DNA of 64,000 nucleotides from an uncultured Gammaproteobacteria bacterium (GTDB lineage Bacteria > Pseudomonadota > Gammaproteobacteria > JAJDYQ01), in NCBI GenBank assembly GCA_942491945.1, contig CALODD010000035.1, positions 4,110-68,109 of the forward strand, read 5' to 3'. Below the pieces are notes generated by a model, which did not search any database, was not told the DNA's origin, and worked only from the letters and a program-made list of their open reading frames with translations. The translations under genes were made by a program, and so were the position numbers. Positions 49,517 through 60,587 of the stretch are shown here, piece by piece; position 1 is the stretch's first letter, and every line of letters starts with the position of its first letter.

Positions 49517-50170
49517 TTATTGGGTTCTGGCCTCAAGAACCACTATCCCCTGCTCTTGTGTCATCTTCAAGCGACTTAAAAATGACATCCCCAATAGAAT
49601 CTGCTGATCGTGATTGGTATCGATGATACTGGCCTGTACCCGGTTTAGTTTGATCCCACCTACTGTCACGGTATCCAGCATCACAGCCCAGGCATCTTTC
49701 AGCTCAGAGGCTGTACTAACCTGTGACGGAATTCCTTTCTCTCGATAGGGGATTTGCAGCTTATCGGCTGTTACCCGGCTCATAGCCACAACGCTAGCTC
49801 CGGTATCAACCAGAAAGTCGACATTACGACCATTGATCAGGCCCTGCGTCAGGTACATGCCACGATTGGAGGGGATCCGAACAATATGCTTCTTCGGCTT
49901 AGCCAGTTTCGTACTGACCTGTGAACCAAGACCGAGTTTTTTCTGCTGGCCATTCACTTCAATAACAGCTTCACGGGAACTGGCACGAACCAGCTTAACC
50001 CCATGCTTCACATCGCCAGCTGCCATCATGACCTGTTTACCGTCGATTTTGACCATGGCCTTACCACTAAAGAGCGCAACTACTTTGATCTTTGGCGCAT
50101 TCGCAGCCATTGCGGTAAAAGCAAATAGTACTGATAGAAAAACCAGAGATGTTAATGCGAATCGCTTCAA
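49517..50170 (-). CDS. retropepsin-like (clan AA) aspartic protease, TIGR02281-type
   Basis: Signal/anchor sequence followed by the FLVDTGAS active-site motif. Confidence 0.75.
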   Translation of the reverse strand: MKRFALTSLVFLSVLFAFTAMAANAPKIKVVALFSGKAMVKIDGKQVMMAAGDVKHGVKLVRASSREAVIEVNGQQKKLGLGSQVSTKLAKPKKHIVRIPSNRGMYLTQGLINGRNVDFLVDTGASVVAMSRVTADKLQIPYREKGIPSQVSTASELKDAWAVMLDTVTVGGIKLNRVQASIIDTNHDQQILLGMSFLSRLKMTQEQGIVVLEARTQ

Positions 50171-50224
50171 GGGATAATCTCTTCTAGATTTTGAGTAATC
50201 TTAGCAGTTCATCGACGAGCAATC

Positions 50225-50926
50225 ATGAAACCAGTCACAATTTTTAGACATATCGAATGCGAAGGGCCCGGCTATCTGGACACCGTATTGCAGCGGTATC
50301 AGATCCCCACATGTCTGATCGCAATCGACCAGGGTAACAGTATCCCCGAAGAACTGGGCGATACCAGCGGTGTGATCATTATGGGTGGCCCCATGAGCGT
50401 CAATGATGACGATGAATGGATCTCTCGGGAAACACGTTTCATCCAGCAGGCCATCGAAGCCAATTTACCCGTCCTCGGACATTGTCTGGGCGGCCAGTTT
50501 ATCGCCAGGGCACTCAGCGCGAAGATTATTCAAAATACCGTCCAAGAAATTGGCTGGCTACCTGTTTCCAGCCCAACAAAAAATGATAGCCCCGCATGGC
50601 TTAAAGACTTTCACGAGCCCGAAACCCTGTTTCACTGGCACGGCGAAACCTTCGAACTACCCGATAACGCCACTCGCCTGCTCAGTAGCCCCGACTGCAA
50701 AAATCAGGCATTCATGGTGAAAGACAACGTCTACGCCTTTCAGTGCCACATCGAAATGACCGCTGACATGGTCGATGAATGGAGTGCACTCTACGAAGAC
50801 GAATTAACCTCCGACGAGGTTACGGTACAATCGCGCGAACAAATGATGTCACTGACACCACAATATATAGACCGGCTAAATCAACTAGCCAACAACGTAT
50901 ATGAACACTGGATTACAAAATTATGA
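50225..50926 (+). CDS. class I glutamine amidotransferase (GMP-synthase-like GATase1 domain only)
   Basis: Contains the GHCLGGQ nucleophile elbow and a later His (FQCHIEM). Confidence 0.75.
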   Translation: MKPVTIFRHIECEGPGYLDTVLQRYQIPTCLIAIDQGNSIPEELGDTSGVIIMGGPMSVNDDDEWISRETRFIQQAIEANLPVLGHCLGGQFIARALSAKIIQNTVQEIGWLPVSSPTKNDSPAWLKDFHEPETLFHWHGETFELPDNATRLLSSPDCKNQAFMVKDNVYAFQCHIEMTADMVDEWSALYEDELTSDEVTVQSREQMMSLTPQYIDRLNQLANNVYEHWITKL

Positions 50927-51207
50927 TGACCTGTTACGTCTACCGTAGTACACGTAAAAACGATACCTATCTTTACATGCCTAAGAAAGATGAGTTCGAT
51001 GATCTCCCTGAGCCAGTACAGAAAATATTCGGTACGCCTGAATTCAGCATGTCCTTCGTTATCACACCAGATAAGAAATTAGCCCAGGTCGATGCAAAAG
51101 ATGTGATCGAGAAGATGGAAAGCGATGGATATTTTCTGCAGTTACCACGGCAGGACTTTTATCTTGAAGCGATTGAGCAGAAAATCCTCGAATCCATAAA
51201 AAAATAA
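50923..51207 (+). CDS. YcgL-domain protein
   Basis: 94 aa with CYVYRSTRKNDTYLYMPKKDEFDDLPE, typical of the YcgL family. Overlaps the upstream gene by ATGA. Confidence 0.7.
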   Translation: MMTCYVYRSTRKNDTYLYMPKKDEFDDLPEPVQKIFGTPEFSMSFVITPDKKLAQVDAKDVIEKMESDGYFLQLPRQDFYLEAIEQKILESIKK

Positions 51208-51306
51208 CAGACCAAACACTTCATATATACCTGATACGGAACCACCCTCTATATGGTCGATGGGACAATGTCTACCTGAATTGATAGCTACAACTGTTAT
51301 GCATTG

Positions 51307-52158
51307 ATGAATCAGACTCTATACGCTTACTTAAATATCACCCTTCCAATGGTCGCTTGGGAAGTAGCTATTGGCCGGATACGATCCGCATGTGATATTA
51401 ACCTTAAGCAACATGAATATGGTATTTCGCTTTGGCAATACAATCTCATCCGAAAATATGTGGCTAATGGGATCAGCAATCGATTTAGGAACGAACTCTC
51501 CCTTGAGTTAATAAGACAAAGGAAATTTTCTACTTCTGTTTCAAGATTAAGAGGTGTTTACTTTTTTAAATCCGAAAAAGACGCTTATGCCGCAGTCGAT
51601 CGGTGGGGTGTCCCTGAAAATCGAAAATTCATATCCGCCGTAAATTTTTCAAGTAACAATACGACCTTTGTAGATTCAGAATGGATTACGTCATTTTTGG
51701 CGTCTGACGAAGAAGATTGGATGGAAAGATATTGGAGAGGAGAAACATTAGGAGCAAAACCATTAACTGAAGTATTATCGAGTGGCATCGGCCTAGTGCA
51801 AAACAAAGAGTTAAGAAAACAAGCATATGAAAAAATTATCCATACTTTCCCTTACTCCACTCGACTGCTTGCTATTGCCACTTGCGGCATTAAATATGCA
51901 AAGATTGAAAGTATCGCTCAAGCAATGCCATTCATCACTCAGGAAGACGCAAGGCTTAAAATCAGCTTTTATCTAAATATTGGTGATCTAAACAAGAAAA
52001 AACACGAGCTCATGAAAGCATGTGACTCTTGCAAAGAAAACAATGAATATCCTTTAACTATTAAACCACTTAGTGAGAATGTAGTCTTCCATACCCCAGA
52101 TTTAACTGATGATGCGTCAATAAAAATCAATCGGAAATTACACCAATCAATAAGATAG
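51307..52158 (+). CDS. hypothetical protein, AT-rich orphan
   Basis: 283 aa from the ATG at 51307. I recognise no motif. Hand counts of two 60-nt samples give 40% and 32% GC, against visibly higher GC in the neighbours. Confidence 0.55.
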   Translation: MNQTLYAYLNITLPMVAWEVAIGRIRSACDINLKQHEYGISLWQYNLIRKYVANGISNRFRNELSLELIRQRKFSTSVSRLRGVYFFKSEKDAYAAVDRWGVPENRKFISAVNFSSNNTTFVDSEWITSFLASDEEDWMERYWRGETLGAKPLTEVLSSGIGLVQNKELRKQAYEKIIHTFPYSTRLLAIATCGIKYAKIESIAQAMPFITQEDARLKISFYLNIGDLNKKKHELMKACDSCKENNEYPLTIKPLSENVVFHTPDLTDDASIKINRKLHQSIR

Positions 52159-52202
52159 CCTCATGAAGGATCATAGACGCCAGCAAATTAACTCAAAAAT
52201 AA

Positions 52203-52817
52203 TCACGTTGGGCGTCTAAACTTTTCCCTAGCGTCCGCTACTGTTTCTCCAAATACACAACTAGGGAAATGATCATTCACCATACCCATCGCCTGCATGA
52301 ACGAATACACCGTTGTCGGGCCAACAAACTTCCAGCCCATCTTCTTCAATGCTTTCGATAATGCTGTAGATTCGGGAGATGATGAAATGGTTTGTGGGCC
52401 ATCGATATCTTTCGGTTCGTACGACCAAAAATAAGCAGCTAGTGAGCCTTCCGCTTTAATCAATTCTTTCGCACGTTGCGCGTTATTAATTACCGCCTCG
52501 ATTTTCCCTCGATGGCGGACAATACCTTTGTCCTGCAACAACCGATCAACATCTTTCTCGGTAAAACGGACGACTTTATTAATATCAAAATTCTTAAAGG
52601 CTTTTCGGAAGTTCTCACGCTTCATCAAAATCGTGCGCCAGCTTAGTCCAGACTGAAACCCTTCCAGGCAGAGCTTTTCAAACAGGCGTTGATCATCAAC
52701 GACAGGGAAGCCCCATTCGGTATCGTGATACTTAATATATTCAGGTGTCGAATGACACCAGTGACAACGTTGCTTGCCGTCTTCGCCTGTGAATAGATCA
52801 CTCATCGGCACTCTCAA
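52203..52817 (-). CDS. tag: DNA-3-methyladenine glycosylase I
   Basis: RCHWC...YIKYHDTEWGFPV and EGFQSGLSW are Tag signatures. Confidence 0.88.
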   Translation of the reverse strand: MRVPMSDLFTGEDGKQRCHWCHSTPEYIKYHDTEWGFPVVDDQRLFEKLCLEGFQSGLSWRTILMKRENFRKAFKNFDINKVVRFTEKDVDRLLQDKGIVRHRGKIEAVINNAQRAKELIKAEGSLAAYFWSYEPKDIDGPQTISSSPESTALSKALKKMGWKFVGPTTVYSFMQAMGMVNDHFPSCVFGETVADAREKFRRPT

Positions 52818-53333
52818 TCACCATGACAGCAAGCTAATAGCGGAAAGGTCGAAATAAAGATTAGTAACATGCATAACGATTAACGCGAATACACCTGCTA
52901 GCACATCATCAATCATGATACCTGTTCCGCCATGCACATGTTTATCCAGCCATCGAATTGGCCAGGGTTTAATGATATCGAAAAAACGAAAGGCTAGAAA
53001 TCCAAGAGCCAAAGTCCAGAGATTTACCGGGATTAGTATCATCGTAATGAGGTAACCAACCACCTCGTCGATGACGATACCTGAGTGATCATGTACGCCG
53101 ATGTCGTTCGATGTTTTGTTGCATACCCAGACACCGAAAAAATATAACGCGACAGTAATCAGTAAATAAACCCAGATTGACAAGCCCGCCATTAACCAGA
53201 CTAGCGGTATACCCAATAATGTACCCACCGTACCCGGTGCATAGGGTGATGCACCTGTACCTAGTCCAAACGCGATAAAGTGAATGGGATTTCGCCAGAC
53301 AGATGAGGGAACTTGATTACGTTTGATTTTCAT
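52818..53333 (-). CDS. pgpA: phosphatidylglycerophosphatase A
   Basis: 171 aa membrane protein with the GTxGT and KPWPI patterns. The thiL-pgpA order is conserved. Confidence 0.85.
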   Translation of the reverse strand: MKIKRNQVPSSVWRNPIHFIAFGLGTGASPYAPGTVGTLLGIPLVWLMAGLSIWVYLLITVALYFFGVWVCNKTSNDIGVHDHSGIVIDEVVGYLITMILIPVNLWTLALGFLAFRFFDIIKPWPIRWLDKHVHGGTGIMIDDVLAGVFALIVMHVTNLYFDLSAISLLSW

Positions 53334-53335
53334 TG

Positions 53336-54301
53336 TTACTTAAAATGATCATAGCCCTGTGTTTCAACAACTTCCGTCGACCCGTCAGGCATCATGAGTT
53401 TGAGTCCAGGTGAAGTTTCTATCATTCCGATACAACTTACCGAGTGTCCGCTATCGCTCATCATTGCTTCAAACTCACCCTGTTTATCTTCAGGGATGGT
53501 AAAACAAATCTCATAATCGTCTCCAGAGTTCAGTGGCACAGTCCAGCCACCAGCCAAATCGAAACAATCTTGTAATTCATCGGACAAAGGAATCTGATCA
53601 ACATAGAGCGCTGCACCGACATTACTTTGATCAAGCATGTGTCCAAGATCTGCTGCCAACCCATCCGATATATCGATACAGGCACTGGCATAACCCTGTA
53701 TCGAAAGCCCTGTTTCAACTCTTGGTGTGGGTCTATTTAATCTATCCACCAAAGCTCGTTGTTGTGGCCCAGTTAGGTGGAGCTCTCCCAGTAACGCCAA
53801 CAAGGCAGCACCTGCGTCACCTACTGTTCCAGTCACATAAATCAAATCACCAGCTTGCGCGCCACTTCTCCGAATCGCAGAACCTTTCTCAACAACCCCC
53901 ATGACCGTGACACTAATACTCAGTCCACCACAAGTAGTATCACCACCCATTAATTGCACATTATGTTTAGCTGCTAACTCAAAGAAGCCTTCGGCAAAAG
54001 TCGTTAGCCAGCCATCATCAGAATCAGGCAATGACAAGGAAAGATTAACCGCTAATGGCTTCGCACCCATCGCTGCCATATCACTCAGATTAACCGCAAG
54101 GGACTTATAGCCAATATCCCGGGCACTGGTTTCTTGTGGGAAATGAACACCTGCGTTCAGTGTGTCGGTACTGACGACAAGTTCATAACCTTCGGGTATA
54201 TCCAGTATCGCTGCATCGTCACCGATGCCCAATACAACTTCTTCACGTTGTACGGTTTGGTTTGTCGCTAGTTGACGAATTAAATCAAATTCAGATGACA
54301 C
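53336..54301 (-). CDS. thiL: thiamine-monophosphate kinase
   Basis: 321 aa, AIR-synthase-like (GDDAAIL, DISDGL). It has a GTG start that overlaps the upstream stop by 1 nt. Confidence 0.88.
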   Translation of the reverse strand: MSSEFDLIRQLATNQTVQREEVVLGIGDDAAILDIPEGYELVVSTDTLNAGVHFPQETSARDIGYKSLAVNLSDMAAMGAKPLAVNLSLSLPDSDDGWLTTFAEGFFELAAKHNVQLMGGDTTCGGLSISVTVMGVVEKGSAIRRSGAQAGDLIYVTGTVGDAGAALLALLGELHLTGPQQRALVDRLNRPTPRVETGLSIQGYASACIDISDGLAADLGHMLDQSNVGAALYVDQIPLSDELQDCFDLAGGWTVPLNSGDDYEICFTIPEDKQGEFEAMMSDSGHSVSCIGMIETSPGLKLMMPDGSTEVVETQGYDHFK

Positions 54302-56781
54302 TAAAATGGGCGAGTCATTAAGATAAGTTTCGGCAATAAAGTTAAGGCCGCTAGCAATGCAATTGCCATCGCCATCGCAGTGAAGACACCGAAATAGATT
54401 GTTGGTATGAAGTTGGACAACACTAGAATTGAGAAACCAACAATAATTGTGACTGCTGTATAGAACACAGCTTTACCAATATTTGCATGACAGTAATGCA
54501 AGGCTCGTAAGTAATCACCGCCCTGCCTGGGTAACTCTTCTCTGAAGCGATAGATATAGTGAATCGCATTATCCACGGCAATACCTATCGTGATTGCGGC
54601 GATAGTAATGGTCATCATGTCGAGTGGAATGCCTAACAGACCAATAATACCCAGTATCAATAAAGCCGAGAGAATGTTCGGCAATATGCCAATTAAAGCC
54701 AGCTTGAAAGAACGGAACAGCAGAACCAGCATGGCAAAGATACCTAGCATTACTGTACCTAGTGTTTCAATCTGAGATGAAAACAGGCTTTGCAGCATAT
54801 TGTTATAAAGAACCAGCATACCGGTAATTTTGTACTGACCTTCTTTTAAACCCACTTCATCTTTAAGACCAGCATCAAGACGTTCAATCAATTCCTTACG
54901 ACGTAGATCAGGTAAGGAATCTTTAACCCGTAAATTCACTCTACCTTCATCACGCTCAATATCGATATACGGATCGATCATTGAAGTACGAAGCTGGGCC
55001 GGTACTTTCTGATACATAATCGCCAACGCCAGACTATCTAACGGCTGTCCGTCATTCAGATCCTCCGCTACGCGTATCGGTGCCGCAAGCGATAACACCT
55101 TACCAATTTCAGGCTGACTATCGAGATAGTCATGCACGCCCTTAATCGTGTCGATTTTATCTGTCGTAAACCAGGTATCTTCTTTTTTGCTTTCGAAGCC
55201 AAAGGCCGCACCGATATCATCCAGCGATGGAAAACCAAAACCATCATCAGCCGGCGCCTCTATTTCAGGTTCTTTCAGATCGATAATGATATCTAGAGGC
55301 GTTGTTCCTCCCAGCTCTTCATCGATTAGCTTCATGCCTTTATAAATTTCAGTATCGTCATCGAAGTAATTGATAAAGCTGTTTTCAACACGCAGCATGG
55401 AAATACCAAGCGCTGCTACCAGAGCCAGTACCAGCGAAATCCCAACTATCTGATTGCCACGATTCTCAGTTAGTTTCGCAAGCGTTTCGGTAAATGAATA
55501 ATCTTCTTTCTCATCAGCCGAAACCTGTGAGCGTTTGAGCTGAACAAGCACCGCAGGGAATAAAGTAAACGTTGTCAGAAACGTGACTGACAAACCTATC
55601 GTCATCATCCAGCCGAAGTCTATAACGGGTTTGATGCCGCTAACGGTCAACGAGGCAAATGCCAGAATAGTCGTCAAAGCCGTATATAGACATGGCATAA
55701 CCATTTTACGCGCTGTCTCCAGAACCAGGCTGCGTTGGTCGGCATCGGCATCATCCTTACACAGCTGGCGATAACGCACGATGAGATGCACATTCATCGA
55801 CATCGTCAGAATCAACATCAGTGAGATAAAGTTAGATGAAATTACCGTAACGCGCCAACCTGCAAAGCCCAATACGCCCATCATCAACATGCCGGCATAA
55901 ACACAACTCAGTAACGGCAGGATGACCCAGCGAACTCGTCTGAAGATCACTCCGAGAGCAACAATCAGGAAGATAAACACACCCGCGCCAAAAACAATCA
56001 GGTCACTCTTGATGAATGTAATCATGTCATCAGCAATCATCGGCACACCACCTAAATGAAGCGTACCGGCATCTTTGTATTTCTTGACGATCTGGCGAAT
56101 TTGCTCAATCGCGTCATGACGCTCATCATCGATCTTGCGTGTGAGTGCATCGTACTCAACTAAGACTTTAGCGTATTCGACCTGACCTTCGGCATCCAGC
56201 TCACCCGCCCGGTCTGCGGCACGCAGGCTATCACGATGCTTTAGCAAAACCGGATATTCTTTATTACCTCGAATATTGATCTGCAAGGCACTGGTCTGAC
56301 CATCTGCACTGATCAATAAATCACGATAAATTGGGCTCTCAAGAAATTCTTTTCTGGCGCGCTCACGTACAACCGTTGGCACCTCTAATGTCTGGACATT
56401 ATCGGCCATCGCCAATAGCGGAACATCCGAGCTTTTCAGTAATGGAACATCGAGAATCGTAACCACTGAAGTCACTAGCGGTACTGTTTTCAGCTCATCA
56501 CGTAACTGGGCCAGAGGTTTTAGTGCCTCATCGGAGAATAAATCAGTATTTGGGGTATAACTAAGAAACAGAAATTCATCATTACCGTAATTCTCACCAA
56601 CCTGGCGCAGTGCCTCCAGATCCTTATCCCCTTCTAAAACCAGAGAATCTGCCGAAGCATCCAGCTTAAAATACTGAATATTCCAGACGAAAAAGCCCAG
56701 TATGACCGCTAGCACCACGAGGGTGATACGAGCATGCCCCAGTACATACTGATCATAGATATTGGCGACCTTATCTTGCAT
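54301..56781 (-). CDS. MMPL/RND-superfamily transporter (HpnN-like architecture)
   Basis: 826 aa with two blocks of about 6 TM helices, each preceded by a large periplasmic loop. Confidence 0.8.
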   Translation of the reverse strand: MQDKVANIYDQYVLGHARITLVVLAVILGFFVWNIQYFKLDASADSLVLEGDKDLEALRQVGENYGNDEFLFLSYTPNTDLFSDEALKPLAQLRDELKTVPLVTSVVTILDVPLLKSSDVPLLAMADNVQTLEVPTVVRERARKEFLESPIYRDLLISADGQTSALQINIRGNKEYPVLLKHRDSLRAADRAGELDAEGQVEYAKVLVEYDALTRKIDDERHDAIEQIRQIVKKYKDAGTLHLGGVPMIADDMITFIKSDLIVFGAGVFIFLIVALGVIFRRVRWVILPLLSCVYAGMLMMGVLGFAGWRVTVISSNFISLMLILTMSMNVHLIVRYRQLCKDDADADQRSLVLETARKMVMPCLYTALTTILAFASLTVSGIKPVIDFGWMMTIGLSVTFLTTFTLFPAVLVQLKRSQVSADEKEDYSFTETLAKLTENRGNQIVGISLVLALVAALGISMLRVENSFINYFDDDTEIYKGMKLIDEELGGTTPLDIIIDLKEPEIEAPADDGFGFPSLDDIGAAFGFESKKEDTWFTTDKIDTIKGVHDYLDSQPEIGKVLSLAAPIRVAEDLNDGQPLDSLALAIMYQKVPAQLRTSMIDPYIDIERDEGRVNLRVKDSLPDLRRKELIERLDAGLKDEVGLKEGQYKITGMLVLYNNMLQSLFSSQIETLGTVMLGIFAMLVLLFRSFKLALIGILPNILSALLILGIIGLLGIPLDMMTITIAAITIGIAVDNAIHYIYRFREELPRQGGDYLRALHYCHANIGKAVFYTAVTIIVGFSILVLSNFIPTIYFGVFTAMAMAIALLAALTLLPKLILMTRPF

Positions 56782-56941
56782 ATTTTGTGCGTCCGTTATT
56801 TGTTATGATTCGCTCTTATTAGGCAGGCGGAATTCGCCGCATATTATAACCACAGGATTAATCTTTGATACGGATGTTTTGGTATATAAACCGGCTATGT
56901 CCTGCAACGAGGCATGAGCCGCCCTCAAATCGATGTAACTC

Positions 56942-57523
56942 ATGACTGAATACGCCCTCATATTACTCAGCACCGTGCTGGTCAATAACTTCGTTCTAGT
57001 GAAGTTTCTTGGCCTGTGTCCATTCATGGGTGTTTCCAGACAGCTGGAATCCGCCATGGGCATGGCTGCGGCCACGACTTTCGTCCTGACATTATCTTCG
57101 ACACTCAGCTATCTGGTGGACTCTTTCCTGCTAGCCCCATTTGAGCTGGAGTATTTACGCGTCATCAGCTTTATTCTGGTCATCGCCATTGTGGTTCAAT
57201 TCACTGAAATTATGGTTCGGGCGACATCGCCCCTGCTACATCAGGTTCTGGGCATATATCTGCCATTGATTACAACCAACTGCGCCGTGCTAGGTGTCGC
57301 CCTATTAAACGTGCAGGAAGCACACGATCTGGTGGAATCGATTCTGTTTGGCTTTGGTGCCGCCCTGGGCTTTTCGTTGGTACTTATTTTATTTGCCGCC
57401 ATGCGCGAGAAAATGGCAGCAGCGGATATCCCTGTTCCGTTTCAGGGTGCATCTATCTCGCTGATCACCGCGGGCTTGATGTCACTGGCATTTATGGGCT
57501 TTTCTGGCCTTATCCGGGTGTAA
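56942..57523 (+). CDS. rnfA: electron transport complex subunit RnfA/RsxA
   Basis: 193 aa polytopic protein. It starts [32 protein letters not shown]. Confidence 0.93.
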   Translation: MTEYALILLSTVLVNNFVLVKFLGLCPFMGVSRQLESAMGMAAATTFVLTLSSTLSYLVDSFLLAPFELEYLRVISFILVIAIVVQFTEIMVRATSPLLHQVLGIYLPLITTNCAVLGVALLNVQEAHDLVESILFGFGAALGFSLVLILFAAMREKMAAADIPVPFQGASISLITAGLMSLAFMGFSGLIRV

Positions 57524-57526
57524 CCA

Positions 57527-58084
57527 GTGTTAGGAACTGTCGTTACATTTGCTCTGCTTGCGCTCGCCGCGGGCCTGCTGCTGGGCTATATCTCGCAACG
57601 CTTCAAGGTAGACGGTGATCCTGTCGCCGATCGAATTGAATCATTGTTGCCACAGACACAATGCGGGCAGTGTGATTTTGCCGGCTGCCGCCCATACGCT
57701 GAGGCCATGGCTGCAGAAGAAGCCGAAATCAATCGCTGTGTACCGGGTGGTGAAGCCACTATCGCCGAACTGGCCGCGCTACTGGATAAAGAAGTCATCC
57801 CACTGGATGAAGAGCTCGGCGAAGAAAAACCACCAATGGTCGCTATTATTCGCGAGAATGAATGTATCGGCTGTACCAAGTGTATCCAGGCCTGCCCTGT
57901 CGACGCCATCCTGGGCTGCGCCAAACATATGCATACGGTGATTGAAGAAGAATGTACGGGCTGCGAGCTTTGCCTGCCGCCATGCCCGGTTGATTGTATC
58001 GATATGGTCGAAATACCCACGACACTGGAAAACTGGCACTGGCCACAGCCAAATAGCTCCATTAATGAAAGGAAGGCCTCATGA
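57527..58084 (+). CDS. rnfB: electron transport complex subunit RnfB
   Basis: N-terminal anchor, a [13 protein letters not shown] cluster and two 4Fe-4S ferredoxin motifs. GTG start. Confidence 0.9.
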   Translation: MLGTVVTFALLALAAGLLLGYISQRFKVDGDPVADRIESLLPQTQCGQCDFAGCRPYAEAMAAEEAEINRCVPGGEATIAELAALLDKEVIPLDEELGEEKPPMVAIIRENECIGCTKCIQACPVDAILGCAKHMHTVIEEECTGCELCLPPCPVDCIDMVEIPTTLENWHWPQPNSSINERKAS

Positions 58085-59598
58085 AGCATCCAATGAGTGG
58101 CGGCCTGCCTTTACGCGGCTATAGAGCGATATCAACCGAACTACCGGTTGAACGTGCCCCGATCCCTAAAGAGTTAATCTTGCCGCTATCCCAGCATATC
58201 GGTACGACTTCTGAACCTGTGGTTGAAGTCGGAGAGACCGTATCTCGTGGTCAGTTAATTGCTGCCGCCAAAGGCTTTGTCAGCGCGAATCTGCATGCGC
58301 CAATCAATGCAGTCGTAACAGCGATTGAACAGCGGCCTATACCCCACCCCTCCGGCTTAACCGGCGAATGCATCATTCTGGCACCAACGGACGATGCAAG
58401 CTGGGAAGACCCAGCTCCAAAACACATTCAGAAAGACGATATATCAAAATGCGAACCCGAAGCTATTCGTCAAAAAATTCGTGATGCTGGCATTGTTGGT
58501 CTCGGCGGTGCGACCTTTCCGACGTCTGTCAAAATCAAAACCGGTATCGATAGTCATATCGAGACGCTCATCATTAACGGCTGCGAATGTGAGCCCTGGA
58601 TTACCTGTGATGAAATGCTATTCCGTGAACGACCACAGCATGTCATTGGCGGCTCCTGCCTGATTCAGCAAGCCATTAATGCCGATGAACGAGTACTCGC
58701 TATCGAAGAAGAAGAATCCAAAGCGATTGAGCTACTGCGTAATTCGATTGTGGACTGCGGTATTCCCATGCATCTGGAAGTACTTCCAACTCGCTACCCT
58801 ACCGGTAGTGAGAAACAGCTCATCAATATTGTCACCGATAAAGAAGTGCCAAGCGATGGTCTTCCTGCGGATATCGGTGTGGCGGTGTACAACGCGGGGA
58901 CGGCGGCGGCTATTTATCGCGCCGTTGTATTTGGTGAACCGTTAATTAGTCGATTTGTCACGATCTCCGGTCTTGGTATCAAACAACCACGTGTTCTGGA
59001 AGTTTTGATAGGCACTCCGATTTCGACCTTGCTGGAATTCTGCGGTGGACGTACAGATGACGCGAATGGACTAATCATGGGCGGCGCCATGATGGGCCTG
59101 GGTCTGAGTTCAGATGCAGTGCCTGTGACCAAGGGAATGAATTCGGTACTCGTTACCACACCCACCATGATGAACGAACACCAGGGCGAGATGCCCTGTA
59201 TCCGCTGTGGCGAATGTGCACGTGTTTGCCCGATTCATCTAGCACCTCAACAGTTACTTAGCCTGATAAAAGCAGACAACCTGGAGCAGGCCCAACGCTG
59301 GAATCTGGAAGACTGTATTGAGTGCGGCTGTTGTAATGCGGTATGCCCAAGCCATATCCCGCTATCGAATTACTACCGATACGCCAAAGGCGAGATACGT
59401 ACCCAGGGTAAGGCCAAGGTCAAAGCGCAACAGGCCAAGGCACGTTACGAATTCCGTAATGAGCGTATTGAAAGAGCCAAGCGCGAACGTGAAGAAAAGA
59501 TGCGTAAGAAAAAGGAAGCCCTGCAGGCAAAAGCCGCTGCAGCTGCCAAGGCATCTGCTGATGCGGCACCAGCAACCGACGGAGAATCACAGTCATGA
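58081..59598 (+). CDS. rnfC: electron transport complex subunit RnfC
   Basis: Contains GLGGATFPT, two [12 protein letters not shown]-type clusters and a Lys/Ala-rich tail. Confidence 0.92.
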   Translation: MKHPMSGGLPLRGYRAISTELPVERAPIPKELILPLSQHIGTTSEPVVEVGETVSRGQLIAAAKGFVSANLHAPINAVVTAIEQRPIPHPSGLTGECIILAPTDDASWEDPAPKHIQKDDISKCEPEAIRQKIRDAGIVGLGGATFPTSVKIKTGIDSHIETLIINGCECEPWITCDEMLFRERPQHVIGGSCLIQQAINADERVLAIEEEESKAIELLRNSIVDCGIPMHLEVLPTRYPTGSEKQLINIVTDKEVPSDGLPADIGVAVYNAGTAAAIYRAVVFGEPLISRFVTISGLGIKQPRVLEVLIGTPISTLLEFCGGRTDDANGLIMGGAMMGLGLSSDAVPVTKGMNSVLVTTPTMMNEHQGEMPCIRCGECARVCPIHLAPQQLLSLIKADNLEQAQRWNLEDCIECGCCNAVCPSHIPLSNYYRYAKGEIRTQGKAKVKAQQAKARYEFRNERIERAKREREEKMRKKKEALQAKAAAAAKASADAAPATDGESQS

Positions 59599-60587
59599 TG
59601 ACACTTAAACATTCTCCAATTGCTGCACCTAATGCCGCCGTCTCCGCAACTATGCGAAGAGTGCTGCTAGCGCTATCACCGGGCATTGTCGTATATACCG
59701 GCTTCTTTGGCTGGGGTCTGCTGATACAAATCACCCTGGCGACAGTGACAGCACTGACATTTGAAGCCATCATGCTCAAGTTACGTGATCGCCCCATCGG
59801 TCTTCATCTAAGCGATTACAGCGCTATCGTGACTGCATGGTTACTCGCCATCTGCCTGCCGCCCTACCTGCCCTGGTGGATGACTGTACTTGCCGTATTC
59901 TTTGCCATCGTCATCGCAAAACATCTATATGGTGGTCTGGGCTACAACCCGTTCAACCCAGCTATGATCGGTTATGCCGTATTACTGGTCTCCTTTCCTC
60001 GGGAAATGACCCAATGGATACCACAGGAAAGTTACGCTCTACCTGGTTTTGGCGAAACACTTTCGATTATATTTGGCAGTAACGTCACAACACATTTGGA
60101 TGGCCTGACAACAGCAACACCGCTAGATCACTTCAAACATAGCGTAAACGCCGCACCAAGTATTATGGGCTTGGTCGCAGGCAAAGGTTGGGAATGGGTA
60201 TCACTGGCCTGGTTGGCCGGTGGTCTGTGGCTCGCCTTTAAACGCACACTGGACTGGCGTATTCCAACATCACTGCTACTCACCGTCGGTTTATTCTCTG
60301 TCGGACTTTCTCTCGGAACAGATAACCCTGCATGGCAAAACCCACTATTCCATTTGCTATCAGGTGGCACAATACTGGCAGCTTTCTTCATTGCAACAGA
60401 CCCGGTTACCGCCGCAACAACACGGCGTGGTCGCTGGATCTATGCGGCAGGCATTGGTCTGCTCGCAATGATTATTAGACTCTGGGGTGGTTACCCTGAT
60501 GGCTTTGCCTTCGCTGTGCTGTTGATGAACCTCACTGCACCCATGATTGACTATCTGACGATACCGCGAGCTTATGGACACAAATAA
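59595..60587 (+). CDS. rnfD: electron transport complex subunit RnfD
   Basis: 330 aa polytopic protein with the TGATPL-type FMN attachment context (GLTTATPLD). Confidence 0.92.
   Translation: MMTLKHSPIAAPNAAVSATMRRVLLALSPGIVVYTGFFGWGLLIQITLATVTALTFEAIMLKLRDRPIGLHLSDYSAIVTAWLLAICLPPYLPWWMTVLAVFFAIVIAKHLYGGLGYNPFNPAMIGYAVLLVSFPREMTQWIPQESYALPGFGETLSIIFGSNVTTHLDGLTTATPLDHFKHSVNAAPSIMGLVAGKGWEWVSLAWLAGGLWLAFKRTLDWRIPTSLLLTVGLFSVGLSLGTDNPAWQNPLFHLLSGGTILAAFFIATDPVTAATTRRGRWIYAAGIGLLAMIIRLWGGYPDGFAFAVLLMNLTAPMIDYLTIPRAYGHK

Noticed and set aside
57586-58089. A 167-aa ORF antisense to rnfB, and similar long antisense ORFs (47747..48256, 40027..40509, 13473..13889, 30245..30604, 49833..50177)
   Set aside because: They lie entirely inside strongly supported genes on the other strand and have low-complexity, Ser/Arg/Pro-rich translations. 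They are typical shadow ORFs.
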